Of a stretch of DNA of 34,632 nt, positions 8,838 to 18,506 are shown one piece after another (the first letter of the stretch is position 1; each line of letters begins with the position of its first letter). A model generated the notes under the pieces. It was not told the DNA's origin and made no database searches. It saw only the letters and a program-made list of their open reading frames with translations. Location of the stretch: NCBI RefSeq assembly GCF_024227015.1, contig NZ_JAAELD010000138.1, positions 1 through 34,632 on the forward strand. Reading direction: 5' to 3'. This DNA is from Moraxella sp. (GTDB taxonomy: Bacteria > Pseudomonadota > Gammaproteobacteria > Pseudomonadales > Moraxellaceae). The position numbers and the translations under genes were made by a program.

Positions 8838-10382
8838 ATGAAGCAATTTCAATTCGCCCCAAACTCTGTTTTCGCCCGCTTATTTCTTAGCGTTTTTTTG
8901 GCGATTGTGGCTTTTGCCATTGCCATGATTGTTCTGTCTCAGCTTGTGCATAACAACTCCGACAGCGTACGATCGCGTGCCATCGCTGAGCAGATCGTCA
9001 CACAGATTGATCCTTTAGTGACCCAAGCTGAAGCCCTAACCAAAGAAAACGAACTACTAAAAGCGCGGTTCATCTTAGCCGTGGTCAAAAAAAGCTTTGA
9101 CATCTTTGACGAAAGCCTAAATGCCAAAATCGGTCTGTACAGCCCCACAGGGGAGCTCATCCTGCAGACCGAGAACAGCGACTTACCACCAAAGCTTGTC
9201 GGCGAACGCCCGTGGATTGATAATGTTGTCCCTGGTGTATTCTCCCCTGCGCATCACCACATCACCATAAAGAACAGTGCAGGCTATAAGGTGTGGTATG
9301 AAAGCCGTATTCCGCCAAAAGAACGCCCCTTCTCACGCTTGCTAAACCTATTCACAGGCACACTCCTATTGATCATCATGATGGCAGCGGTGCTATGGTG
9401 GATTGCACGCAACATCACAAAGCGCATCAATCAGATGAGCCAAGAGATGGATAAGTTGGGTAATGGTGATTTTAGTGTGCGCGTAAATGAAGATGGTAAT
9501 GATGAAATCGCAGCCTTGGCACGCGGTTTCAACCAATCCGCCAAAAAAATCGAGCAACTCATCAACGCCAATAACCTTCTGCTTGCTCATGCATCGCATG
9601 AATTTCGCACGCCCATCACGCGCATTCGATTGCAGATTGAGATGATGGACATGCTTGCCCATAAGCTAAATGATAATGATAAGGCAAAGTTTGACAAACG
9701 CGCCGCAGCCATCAATCGCGATCTGACAGGGCTGAATGACCTGGTTGAGAGCATTCTTTTGGTGTCGCGTCTTGATGCTGGTCACGCCCTGCAAGCTGCC
9801 GAGCAGGTTGATCTGTATGATTTGGTGCGCACAGAGTGCCAGCATTACCCCGAGGTGACTCTGACCGCCGAAGCCATAACCATCATCGCACAGCCCAAGC
9901 TACTCACCCATCTGGTGAGAAACCTTCTAAATAACGCCATGATTCACGGTGTGCCGCCCATTGAAGTCTATCTGTATGAAGCAGCAGATTTATCAAGCGC
10001 GCAGAACATTCCGGACAATCTTACGCAGATCATCCCTGAGATTATTAGCGAAGCAGTCAAGCCCGTCAAGAAACCTTTGCTACGTTTCTCTCGCCAAAAA
10101 GACGCGCCACCAAAAGAAGCGGACTTTGCGGTGCTTGCCTTTGTCGATCAGGGCAGTGGCATTCCAGAAGATAAACGCAAAGACATCTTTAGCCCCTTTG
10201 TACGCCTAAAACAGGAGAAAAAAGGCTCAGGTCTTGGCTTGTCTCTAGTCTCCCAAATCGTAGAAGCCCATGGTGGACACATCAGCACAGACACATGGCA
10301 AGGCAAGACCCGCTTCTTGGTTGTGCTACCCATCAAAGGCAAGGACGCCACAAAAGAGGCTCAAAACACAACCAAGTCATAA
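8838..10382 (+). CDS. Sensor histidine kinase (2 TM, HAMP, HisKA, HATPase)
   Basis: H-box ASHEFRTP, N-box NLLNNA, DQGSGIP, F-box FSPF, GSGLGL. Confidence 0.95.
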   Translation: MKQFQFAPNSVFARLFLSVFLAIVAFAIAMIVLSQLVHNNSDSVRSRAIAEQIVTQIDPLVTQAEALTKENELLKARFILAVVKKSFDIFDESLNAKIGLYSPTGELILQTENSDLPPKLVGERPWIDNVVPGVFSPAHHHITIKNSAGYKVWYESRIPPKERPFSRLLNLFTGTLLLIIMMAAVLWWIARNITKRINQMSQEMDKLGNGDFSVRVNEDGNDEIAALARGFNQSAKKIEQLINANNLLLAHASHEFRTPITRIRLQIEMMDMLAHKLNDNDKAKFDKRAAAINRDLTGLNDLVESILLVSRLDAGHALQAAEQVDLYDLVRTECQHYPEVTLTAEAITIIAQPKLLTHLVRNLLNNAMIHGVPPIEVYLYEAADLSSAQNIPDNLTQIIPEIISEAVKPVKKPLLRFSRQKDAPPKEADFAVLAFVDQGSGIPEDKRKDIFSPFVRLKQEKKGSGLGLSLVSQIVEAHGGHISTDTWQGKTRFLVVLPIKGKDATKEAQNTTKS

Positions 10383-10396
10383 ATCACATTTATTAA

Positions 10397-10429
10397 AATA
10401 AAAAGCCATCATCACGATGGCTTTTTATT
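10397..10429. terminator. Bidirectional terminator between the kinase gene and prc
   Basis: aataaaaagccatc-atcac-gatggctttttatt. Confidence 0.8.
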
Positions 10430-10446
10430 TACTTCATTGCTTTGTG

Positions 10447-12618
10447 TTATTTCTTAGCATCGAACATTAAGCGTGCCGCCTCGAAGATATAGGCCTCTTC
10501 TTCAGGCAGTTTTGGACGCTCATGCTCTTTCATTGCACCACGCTCTTCAGCCAAGGCATCGACGCTTGCCTGATAAGTAGCCCAGTCAGTATAAGGCGCC
10601 TCACCCGTCGCCTGACGACGCGCATTCTCAGCCCTTAGTGTCAAAGCTTCAATTTCTTTGGCTTTGGCTCGGCGCTTATCAATGTTCACATCGACAGGTT
10701 TTTTGTCGTCATCTAGCGCGCGAATGGCATTAAGCTCGCTTAGGTATTTAAACTGCACGTCTTGATCTTGGCGCGCCTTAGATTCTTTAGTTAGACGCTC
10801 AATTAACGCTTGACTGTATTTACCCTCGGGAGTGTATTGGGTGGTTGCGATGGTGTCCCACTCTAGTGGGTTCTTGTATTCACGTTCGCCAAATTCAATG
10901 CCCTCATAGATATTCACCAACGGAATGTCTGGCACGACACCTTTATTCTGAGTACTGCCCCCATTAATACGGTAGAATTTACGCTGGGTAATCGCTGCCG
11001 TACCAAGCGCCAGATCGTCACGCTGCGCCTGAGCTGAGCCCTTACCCGTGGTGGTGCTACCCACCACCAGACCGCGCCCATAGTCTTGGATCGCCGCGGA
11101 GAAAATCTCTGATGCTGATGCTGAACCTAGATTAATCAGCACAGACATATCGCCTGCGTATAGCTGACGACCGCCATCTTTATCGGCGTAGATTTGGACG
11201 TTGCCGCGGTTATCTCGAATCTGCACCAGCGGACCTTCTTTGATGAATAAGCCCATCATCTTGGCAACTTCATCCAGTGAGCCGCCGGGGTTGTTGCGCA
11301 GATCGACCACGAGTCCATCGATGTTCTCTTGATTTAAGGCTTTTAGGGCTTTTTCGGTATCGATGCTGACCGAACGATAATTATCAGCACTCAAACCACT
11401 GCGTCGCGCCTGAAAATTAAGATAAAAACTTGGAATCTCTAGCACGCCAACGCGCTTAATACCGCCCTCATAAGGCATCTCAACGATGCGATGGTGCACG
11501 CCTGATTCATCTTGCTTGATGACGTCACGCACGATGGTTACGTTACGCGCTGAGCTGTCAGACGTATTAGGCTGCTTGACTTTGATGGTGACGGTTGTGC
11601 CTTTTGCGCCGCGGATGAGCGCCACGATCTCGCGCGTGCTAAATCCGATGGTATCCACCATCTCTTCACCGTCTTGAGCCACGCCTAGGATCAGATCATT
11701 GGCACGAATCTGCCCTGTTTTTTGGGCGGGTCCACCATCAACCAAGCTGATGATACGCGTATAATCAGGGTTCTTGCGATCAGGGCGAATAGATACGCCA
11801 ATACCCTCTAGCTGTAGGTTTGACTGAATCTGCATCTCGTTCGCCTGCACAGGTGCATAGTAGTTACTGTGCGGATCGTATGCCATCATCGCCGCATTTA
11901 GCACGCCTTCCATAATTTCATCGTCTTTTAGGCGTGCCAACTGCTGCTGCTGGCGATTGATACGATTTAATAAAATCTCGTTCGGCGTACGATTCTCACC
12001 CTTCACCAAATCCTGACCGCGAGACAGTTCAGGATTATCAATAAATGCCTTGTCTTTGGCTTTATCATCTTCTTGGTTTAGGGTGATGTTAATCAATGCA
12101 TAAGTGGTTTGATTTTGCCAATAGCGCAGCTGCTCTTCTTTACTGGCAAAACGTGGCGCCTCTTCACGATCTAGAATGATGGATTCATTCGTACTAAGAT
12201 CGACATCTTTTGCCAGCATCTCTTTGGCGGTATCATAATATTCGTTGGCACGCGTACGATAACGCTCAAAAATCTCAATGCCCGCTGTCAGATCGCCACG
12301 CTTTAGACGCTCAGCATAGGTGTCGCCGTATTTTGCCATGAATTCATCCACGTCTGACTGTAGCAACAGAGTGCGTGATGCATCCAAATTATCAAAGTAA
12401 GCTTCAAGGATTTTTTTGCCCATTTCTCGGTCTAGCGGCTGATCCAGATAATGCGCACGATCGAGCAGTAACGACACCTGGCGGGCGGTGACTTTTTGTT
12501 CGACATTCGGCTCAAAGCCTTGTTTGTCCGAGGCTGTCGCCACAGTGCTGATGCTCTGAGCAAGCAAAACACCCACCACAGCGGTCGCCACACCCGACAA
12601 TAAAAATTGCTGTTTCAT
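10447..12618 (-). CDS. prc: Carboxy-terminal processing (tail-specific) protease, S41A
   Basis: Signal peptide, DPHS-Y, PDZ GIGV, DLRNNPGG, SASASEI, GKG, GVVPDI; ATG at 12618 (track start is TTG at 12630). Confidence 0.93.
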   Translation of the reverse strand: MKQQFLLSGVATAVVGVLLAQSISTVATASDKQGFEPNVEQKVTARQVSLLLDRAHYLDQPLDREMGKKILEAYFDNLDASRTLLLQSDVDEFMAKYGDTYAERLKRGDLTAGIEIFERYRTRANEYYDTAKEMLAKDVDLSTNESIILDREEAPRFASKEEQLRYWQNQTTYALINITLNQEDDKAKDKAFIDNPELSRGQDLVKGENRTPNEILLNRINRQQQQLARLKDDEIMEGVLNAAMMAYDPHSNYYAPVQANEMQIQSNLQLEGIGVSIRPDRKNPDYTRIISLVDGGPAQKTGQIRANDLILGVAQDGEEMVDTIGFSTREIVALIRGAKGTTVTIKVKQPNTSDSSARNVTIVRDVIKQDESGVHHRIVEMPYEGGIKRVGVLEIPSFYLNFQARRSGLSADNYRSVSIDTEKALKALNQENIDGLVVDLRNNPGGSLDEVAKMMGLFIKEGPLVQIRDNRGNVQIYADKDGGRQLYAGDMSVLINLGSASASEIFSAAIQDYGRGLVVGSTTTGKGSAQAQRDDLALGTAAITQRKFYRINGGSTQNKGVVPDIPLVNIYEGIEFGEREYKNPLEWDTIATTQYTPEGKYSQALIERLTKESKARQDQDVQFKYLSELNAIRALDDDKKPVDVNIDKRRAKAKEIEALTLRAENARRQATGEAPYTDWATYQASVDALAEERGAMKEHERPKLPEEEAYIFEAARLMFDAKK

Positions 12619-12790
12619 AATATATTCCAATGTTATTATTAATCAGTAAAATTAAGAAAAATTCGCATTATCTTACCATACTCAACCTTGCTTGTGTGAT
12701 GGTTTTTGTGAGTAAATTTCTACCGATTGATACATTTGCCCAAATTCATCGTATAATAAGCAAATTTATTTCACTACATTAAGGTAAGTT

Positions 12791-14854
12791 ATGGCAACTG
12801 GCATCATCATGGCGGACGTGGATGGTCTGACCTTAACCGACGACGATAAGAACTTCTTGGCAAATGACGCATTGGGCGGGGTGATTTTATTTAAACGTAA
12901 CGTGGCAGACCCTACCCAAGTGCGCGCCTTAACCGACAGCATGAGAGCCATCAATCCCAATCTTATCATCAGTGCCGACCAAGAAGGCGGTCGAGTGGCG
13001 CGCTTTCGCGATGGTTTTACACCCCTGCCTGCGATGGGACGACTGGGGGAGATATATGATGATAATCAAGAGCTTGCCTTATCGCTCGCCTATGATACAG
13101 GCTACTTGATGGCATGCGAAGTGCTCGCGGTGGGCGTCGATATCAGCTTTGCGCCTGTGATGGACATCGATAGATGTAGTTTGGTCATTGGTGATCGCGC
13201 CTTTCATGCCGATCCAGAGGTCGTCACCGCACTATCGGCGCGCTTTATCGATGGCATGAATGATGCAGGCATGAAGGCCACCGGCAAGCATTTTCCCGGT
13301 CACGGCTCCATCACCCCTGATTCGCACGTCTCAGATGCGGTAGATGAGCGCACCCTCGATGAAATATGGGCCTGCGACCTCATTACCTTCAAAAACAACT
13401 TATCAAAACTCGATGCGCTCATGCCTGCACATGTGATATTTAGCCAAATCGATGACAAACCAGCAGGCTTCTCAAAAGTCTGGCTACAAGACATCCTAAG
13501 ACAGCAGTTAGGCTATGATGGCGTGCTATTCTCAGACGACCTATCAATGAAAGCTGCTCATGTTGCAGGCGATGTCACCGCTCGCGTCAAGTCCGCCATC
13601 GAAGCAGGCTGTGACATGGCGCTGGTCTGCAATAACCGCGATGACGCCATGCGCGCGGTAGAATTTGCCAAGACCATGCCTGAGGTGGTAAACCGATTTG
13701 GTAAGATGAAAAGCACCATCCCAACATGGCAAGGCGATCTGATCAGCACCTGTCAAGCGTTCGAGCATTACAAAACCGCCAAAGATAATGTCATGAAGGC
13801 GTTCTTTGGCGAGGTGATCACTGCCAAAAATGTTAAAGATCCCACCAATTACAGTACGAATTCACAAGGGTTCATCATGCATCATATTTTTGGTCATACT
13901 TCTCCTGACACCGATGCGTTCGCCTCCGCGTTCGCGTTCGCTCATTGGCTAAACGCTCAGAACATCGCCGCCACGCCCTATCGACTTGGCGCGCCAAACC
14001 TTGAGACGAAGTTCGTACTGGATTATCTTTGGCAGCATTATTCTGACGAATTGGACGGTTTGACACCTGAGATTTTGCCTTACTTAGATCCCAATCAACC
14101 GCTAAACACATTAAGCCCGGGCGACTTGGTTGGCTTGACCGACCATAATGAGCCCGCTCAATCGATTACGAATTTGGCAGACTTTGATGTCAGATACATC
14201 ATCGATCATCACAAGCTTGGCATATCAACACCCATACCCGCCTACGTTCGCATCTATCCTGTGGGCTGCACCTGCACGATCCTGTATGAGATGTTCATTC
14301 AAAATTCCATTACCATCACGCCCTTGCTGGCGACATTCATGCTGTCTGCGATTCTATCAGACACCCTAAACTTAAACAGCCCCACCACCACCGATGATGA
14401 TCGCATGGTGGTCACAAAGCTACTTGCTATCGCCAACATGAGCGAATCGCAAAAGGATGATTTCGCCCAAGCCATGTTCTTAGCAAAGAGTGATGTCAGC
14501 CACTTGTCTGCCCGCGACATCCTGCTCATGGATTATAAAGAATATCAATTCGGTACGAGCAAATGGGGCATCGCAGGAATCGAGACCATGAATCTGCCTC
14601 AGATCATCGGACGAATGGATGATCTCATCACGACCGCCCAAATCCTAAAACAAGAAAAGCAACTTGACCATCTGATGATCGCCATCGTGGACATCGCACA
14701 GCGCACAGGCTATGCCATCGCCTATGATAATGCTCAAAACACCATCTTATCCAAGGCATTTGGTGCTACCGCCCAAGACGGTCTGTTTAGCCTAACAGGC
14801 ATCGTCAGCCGCAAAAAACAAATCGTTCCTGCTCTCGAAGCATACTTCAACTAA
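12791..14854 (+). CDS. nagZ-ppaC: Fusion ORF: beta-N-acetylglucosaminidase NagZ (about aa 1-354) plus family II Mn-dependent inorganic pyrophosphatase PpaC (from Met363, nt 13877)
   Basis: NagZ: DQEGGRVAR, KHFPGHG-x4-DSH, SDDLSM. PpaC: GHTSPDTD, DHNE, IDHH, ILSDT, DYKEY, SRKKQ. No stop codon between the two. Confidence 0.85.
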   Translation: MATGIIMADVDGLTLTDDDKNFLANDALGGVILFKRNVADPTQVRALTDSMRAINPNLIISADQEGGRVARFRDGFTPLPAMGRLGEIYDDNQELALSLAYDTGYLMACEVLAVGVDISFAPVMDIDRCSLVIGDRAFHADPEVVTALSARFIDGMNDAGMKATGKHFPGHGSITPDSHVSDAVDERTLDEIWACDLITFKNNLSKLDALMPAHVIFSQIDDKPAGFSKVWLQDILRQQLGYDGVLFSDDLSMKAAHVAGDVTARVKSAIEAGCDMALVCNNRDDAMRAVEFAKTMPEVVNRFGKMKSTIPTWQGDLISTCQAFEHYKTAKDNVMKAFFGEVITAKNVKDPTNYSTNSQGFIMHHIFGHTSPDTDAFASAFAFAHWLNAQNIAATPYRLGAPNLETKFVLDYLWQHYSDELDGLTPEILPYLDPNQPLNTLSPGDLVGLTDHNEPAQSITNLADFDVRYIIDHHKLGISTPIPAYVRIYPVGCTCTILYEMFIQNSITITPLLATFMLSAILSDTLNLNSPTTTDDDRMVVTKLLAIANMSESQKDDFAQAMFLAKSDVSHLSARDILLMDYKEYQFGTSKWGIAGIETMNLPQIIGRMDDLITTAQILKQEKQLDHLMIAIVDIAQRTGYAIAYDNAQNTILSKAFGATAQDGLFSLTGIVSRKKQIVPALEAYFN

Positions 14855-14865
14855 ACGGAAAATCC

Positions 14866-15516
14866 ATGTTCGGCATCACAGACCTGACCGCTTATCTCAT
14901 CGGCGTGATTATCATCATTACCTTGCCTGGCCCCAACAGCCTATACTGCCTATCGGTGGCAGCATCTCGTGGCAAAAGAGCCGGCGGACAGGCCATGGCA
15001 GGAATCTTAGTGGGTGATACGATACTGATACTGGCGACCGTGTTCGGAGCGGGAACACTACTAAAGCTCAATCCCAGCGTGTTTGATGTCATCAAGCTTA
15101 TTGGCGGCTGTTATTTGGCATACCTTGGGATACGCCTGATCATCGGGGCTTATCACACATTTAAGAACAGGCATCTAATCGCCAATCAAAGATTTAATCC
15201 ACCAAAAGTAGCAAATCAAAACTACTTCTGCCGCTCACTATCGCTAAGCCTGACCAACCCTAAGGCGATTTTATTTTTTTTGTCGTTTTTTGTGCAATTT
15301 GTCAGCCCGACTTATGATAAGCCTTTTTTGACGTTTTTTATGCTGGCGGTGATTTTGCAAATTGTCAGCTTTTTGTATTTGTTACTTTTGGTATTTAGCG
15401 GCAAAAAACTTGCCGATGTCTTTGGCTCTCGCCCACTCATCATGACGCTCGCCATGTTTAGCGTGGGGTGTTTGTTTATTGGTTTTGGGGTGAATTTGTG
15501 GTTGGCAAGGTTGTGA
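14866..15516 (+). CDS. leuE: LysE-family leucine efflux protein
   Basis: MFGITDL...PGPNSLY...NPKAILFFLSFFVQFV. Confidence 0.85.
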   Translation: MFGITDLTAYLIGVIIIITLPGPNSLYCLSVAASRGKRAGGQAMAGILVGDTILILATVFGAGTLLKLNPSVFDVIKLIGGCYLAYLGIRLIIGAYHTFKNRHLIANQRFNPPKVANQNYFCRSLSLSLTNPKAILFFLSFFVQFVSPTYDKPFLTFFMLAVILQIVSFLYLLLLVFSGKKLADVFGSRPLIMTLAMFSVGCLFIGFGVNLWLARL

Positions 15517-15558
15517 TTTGGGTTTTTGACAAACCCAATAAAACCATGATTTTGCTAG

Positions 15559-15621
15559 GTAGAGTATGTATTACGCACCAATGTGCTTTTTTATTTAAAA
15601 GGTGCGTGGTACGCACCCTAC
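15559..15621. repeat. REP doublet (REPIN-like), GTAG family, 21-21-21 bp
   Basis: gtagagtatgtattacgcacc (degenerate arm), 21-bp spacer, ggtgcgtggtacgcaccctac. Confidence 0.8.
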
Positions 15622-15666
15622 GGAACTGATTAATAATGGATTATCAAATAAAAAGGGTAAAATAAA

Positions 15667-16005
15667 ATGAGTAATATTTATCAACCACCTCAAAAAGTCG
15701 ATTTTAATGAGTTAAAAAAATACATAGAAACAAATAAGACTAAAGAAGCAATTGAAGGTATCATTGCTGCATCTTTATCTTGCAAAGATAGAGATGGATT
15801 GCATTATTTTATTGGAGATGTTTTAAAAAACTGTCAAAATAATTTTATAAAAAATGCCTGTATAAAAGCATGTGGTCATATGGTAAGAATAGATGGTTAT
15901 ATAAATGATGATATAATTTCCTATATAAACAATCTAAATAATGATGTTTTGTATAGTGGTGCAATATCTGACTTTCAGGATGATGTTGAAATTTATCTAA
16001 AGTAG
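15667..16005 (+). CDS. AT-rich 112-aa helical protein, probable orphan polymorphic-toxin immunity protein
   Basis: Intact ORF, very AT-rich. It overlaps (ATGA) a short upstream open frame and is followed by a HINT-domain fragment. Function inferred from context only. Confidence 0.6.
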   Translation: MSNIYQPPQKVDFNELKKYIETNKTKEAIEGIIAASLSCKDRDGLHYFIGDVLKNCQNNFIKNACIKACGHMVRIDGYINDDIISYINNLNNDVLYSGAISDFQDDVEIYLK

Positions 16006-16013
16006 CGATATGA

Positions 16014-16107
16014 GTCCTAAGCCAGTTTGTACTACCCAACCACACTGACACCGTTTATAATATCGAAGTAGATGACTTTCACACCTATCATGTGGGTAGT
16101 ACCAGTG
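16014..16107 (+). pseudogene. Fragment of a polymorphic-toxin HINT (intein-like) domain C-terminus
   Basis: Translates VLSQFVLPNHTDTVYNIEVDDFHTYHVG, matching the HINT block VYN-EV---HTY-VG. It has no start codon and is cut by the REP before the expected VHN. Confidence 0.8.
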
Positions 16108-16170
16108 GTAGGGTGCGTACCACGCACCTTTTAAGTGAAAAATCTTATTGGTGCGTACTACGCACCCTAC
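16108..16170. repeat. REP doublet (REPIN-like), inverted copy of 15559-15621
   Basis: gtagggtgcgtaccacgcacc, 21-bp spacer, ggtgcgtactacgcaccctac; reverse complement matches the first copy at 54/63 by manual count. Confidence 0.85.
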
Positions 16171-16203
16171 TGTCTGTGGCAGCTATCATTTACCAAAAAA
16201 CCC

Positions 16204-16231
16204 AAAAACCCCAAACTAATTTGGGGTTTTT
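16204..16231. terminator. Terminator downstream of glcB, probably bidirectional
   Basis: aaaaaccccaaa-ctaa-tttggggttttt. Confidence 0.8.
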
Positions 16232-16251
16232 GTTTAAGCATTATCAGCCTA

Positions 16252-18414
16252 TCAATCGCCTTGATAGCCTTTTAGTTTTAATCGTGCTTGATGCAGCAGT
16301 GGCTCAGTGTAGCCAGACGGCTGAGTCGCGCCTTTGAAGATTAAATCAGCAGCAGCATTAAAGGCGATGTTATTATCAAAATCATCTGCCATCGGACGAT
16401 ACGCAGGATCGCTTGCGTTTTGCTCATCCACAACTTTCGCCATGCGTTTTAGCACTTCCATCACCTCATCAGATGTTACGACACCGTGAGCCAACCAGTT
16501 GGCAACGTGCTGCGATGAGATACGCAAGGTCGCGCGGTCTTCCATCAGACCAACGTCATTGATGTCAGGCACTTTTGAACAGCCCACACCCAAATCAACC
16601 CAGCGAACAACGTAGCCCAAGATGCCTTGGCAGTTGTTCTCAAGTTCACGACGCTTCTCGTCTGCTGTCCAGTTCGTATCGGTGGCAAGTGGAATGGTCA
16701 GAAGATCATCTAGGCTTGGCGTGGCAAGCTTGGCAAGCTCTTCTTGACGATTCATAACATTACACTGATGGTAATGGATAGCATGGATTACCGCACCGCT
16801 AGGTGATGGTACCCAAGCACAGTTCGCGCCAGCTTGTGGGTGTTCAATCTTAGCGCGGTACATGTCAGCCAGTTCGTCAGGTTTTGGCCACATGCCTTTA
16901 CCGATTTGCGCCTTGCCACGAAGTCCTGCTTTTAGACCGATAGACACGTTGCGCTCTTCGTATGCACCGAACCAAGTTTGACCTTTCACATCGCCTTTAC
17001 GTACGAATGCACCTGCATGCATGGCAGTGTGAATCTCATCACCCGTTCTATCCATGAAGCCTGTGTTAATAAAGATGGTGCGTTCTTTGGCTTTTTCGAT
17101 ACAGTTTTTAAGGTTGGCAGAAGTTCTACGCTCTTCGTCCATAATGCCCATTTTTAGGCTGTTCTTAGGCAGACCGATCGCTTGTTCGGCACGCTCGAAC
17201 AGCTCTACTGCGAATGCCACTTCGTCAGAGCCATGCATTTTTGGCTTCACGATGTACATGGAACCTGTACGAGAGTTACGCAGCGTGTTCTCACCGCGGA
17301 TGTCCACTGCGGTCAGCATTGGCGTGACAAGCGCATCCATGATGCCCTCAAAAATCTCTTCGCCATTCACCAAAATCGCAGGGTTCGTCATCAGATGACC
17401 CACGTTACGAAGCAACATGACCGAACGACCATGTAGCGTTTGGGTATTGCCCGCCAGATCAGTATAAGTGCGATCAGCGTTTAGTGTACGAGTGATGGTT
17501 TTGCCATTTTTTTCTAGCGTTTCAGATAGATCACCCTTCATTAGACCTAGCCAGTTGCGATAGCCTTCTACTTTCTCTTCAGCATCGACAGCGGCAACTG
17601 AGTCTTCTAAGTCCTGAATCGTGGTAACGGCTGATTCTAGAACGACATCCTTAACACCTGCTTTGTCGTCTTTACCGATCGGGCTATTTGGATCGATTTG
17701 GATGATGACGTGTAGGCCGTTATTTTTTAGGATAATTTCGGTTGGCTTGTCAGTCGCGCCATTAAAACCAGCAAGTTTATTGTCTTTTAATGTGGTCTCG
17801 GTATCGCCTAATGATACTGATAGCTGACCATCTTTGATGGTGTAAGCGGTCGCATCTGCGTGTGAGCCGCTTTGTAGTGGGAATGTCTCATCTAGGAAAT
17901 TCTTAGCGAATTCAACGACTTTGGCGCCGCGCACAGGGTTGTAGCCTTTGCCTTTTTCTGCACCATTTTCTTCTGAGATCACGTCAAAACCATACAGAGC
18001 ATCATACAAGCTGCCCCAACGAGCGTTAGCGGCGTTCAGTGCATAACGCGCGTTACGCACAGGCACAACAAGCTGAGCGCCTGCGATGGTCGCAATCTCA
18101 TCATCGACATTCTGCGTGGTGATCTCAAAGTCAGCAACTTCAGGCTCAAGATAACCAATCTCAGTCAAGAAATTCTTATAGGCACCAAGCTCATAGGCAT
18201 TGTTCTTGTGCCAGTCATCGATCTTGGCTTGTAGCTCTTCACGGCGAGCAAGTAGTGCTTTGTTTTTTGGGGTTAGGTCAAGAACAACTTGTTCAAAGTT
18301 TTTCCAATAAGTGTCGCTGTCAAGCTTAGCAGCTGGCAAAGCCTCATTCTCAATAAAATCAAATAAAATCTTATCGATGGCAAGAGCGCCTTTGGTAATA
18401 CGAGTAGTAGCCAT
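16252..18414 (-). CDS. glcB: Malate synthase G
   Basis: 720 aa; [52 protein letters not shown]. Confidence 0.97.
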   Translation of the reverse strand: MATTRITKGALAIDKILFDFIENEALPAAKLDSDTYWKNFEQVVLDLTPKNKALLARREELQAKIDDWHKNNAYELGAYKNFLTEIGYLEPEVADFEITTQNVDDEIATIAGAQLVVPVRNARYALNAANARWGSLYDALYGFDVISEENGAEKGKGYNPVRGAKVVEFAKNFLDETFPLQSGSHADATAYTIKDGQLSVSLGDTETTLKDNKLAGFNGATDKPTEIILKNNGLHVIIQIDPNSPIGKDDKAGVKDVVLESAVTTIQDLEDSVAAVDAEEKVEGYRNWLGLMKGDLSETLEKNGKTITRTLNADRTYTDLAGNTQTLHGRSVMLLRNVGHLMTNPAILVNGEEIFEGIMDALVTPMLTAVDIRGENTLRNSRTGSMYIVKPKMHGSDEVAFAVELFERAEQAIGLPKNSLKMGIMDEERRTSANLKNCIEKAKERTIFINTGFMDRTGDEIHTAMHAGAFVRKGDVKGQTWFGAYEERNVSIGLKAGLRGKAQIGKGMWPKPDELADMYRAKIEHPQAGANCAWVPSPSGAVIHAIHYHQCNVMNRQEELAKLATPSLDDLLTIPLATDTNWTADEKRRELENNCQGILGYVVRWVDLGVGCSKVPDINDVGLMEDRATLRISSQHVANWLAHGVVTSDEVMEVLKRMAKVVDEQNASDPAYRPMADDFDNNIAFNAAADLIFKGATQPSGYTEPLLHQARLKLKGYQGD

Positions 18415-18440
18415 AATTTTATCCTTAAAATCAAAATTTA

Positions 18441-18480
18441 AACAAAAACGGTGTTCTACCTTGACAGCAGAACACCGTTT
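18441..18480 (-). terminator. Terminator-like hairpin between aceA and glcB
   Basis: Minus strand aaacggtgttctgct-gtcaa-ggtagaacaccgttt followed by ttgttt. Confidence 0.7.
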
Positions 18481-18506
18481 GGATTAGTCATTTAGACAGC
18501 GAATGA

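Noticed and set aside
15559-16170. CRISPR array or integron attC interpretation of the repeats
   Set aside because: The repeats are inverted rather than direct, there are only two doublets, and no cas or intI gene is present; the GTAG-palindrome layout fits REPs
16092-16337. 81-aa ORF MGSTSGRVR...
   Set aside because: Continuation of the HINT fragment frame through the REP, the terminator and antisense glcB; not a plausible gene
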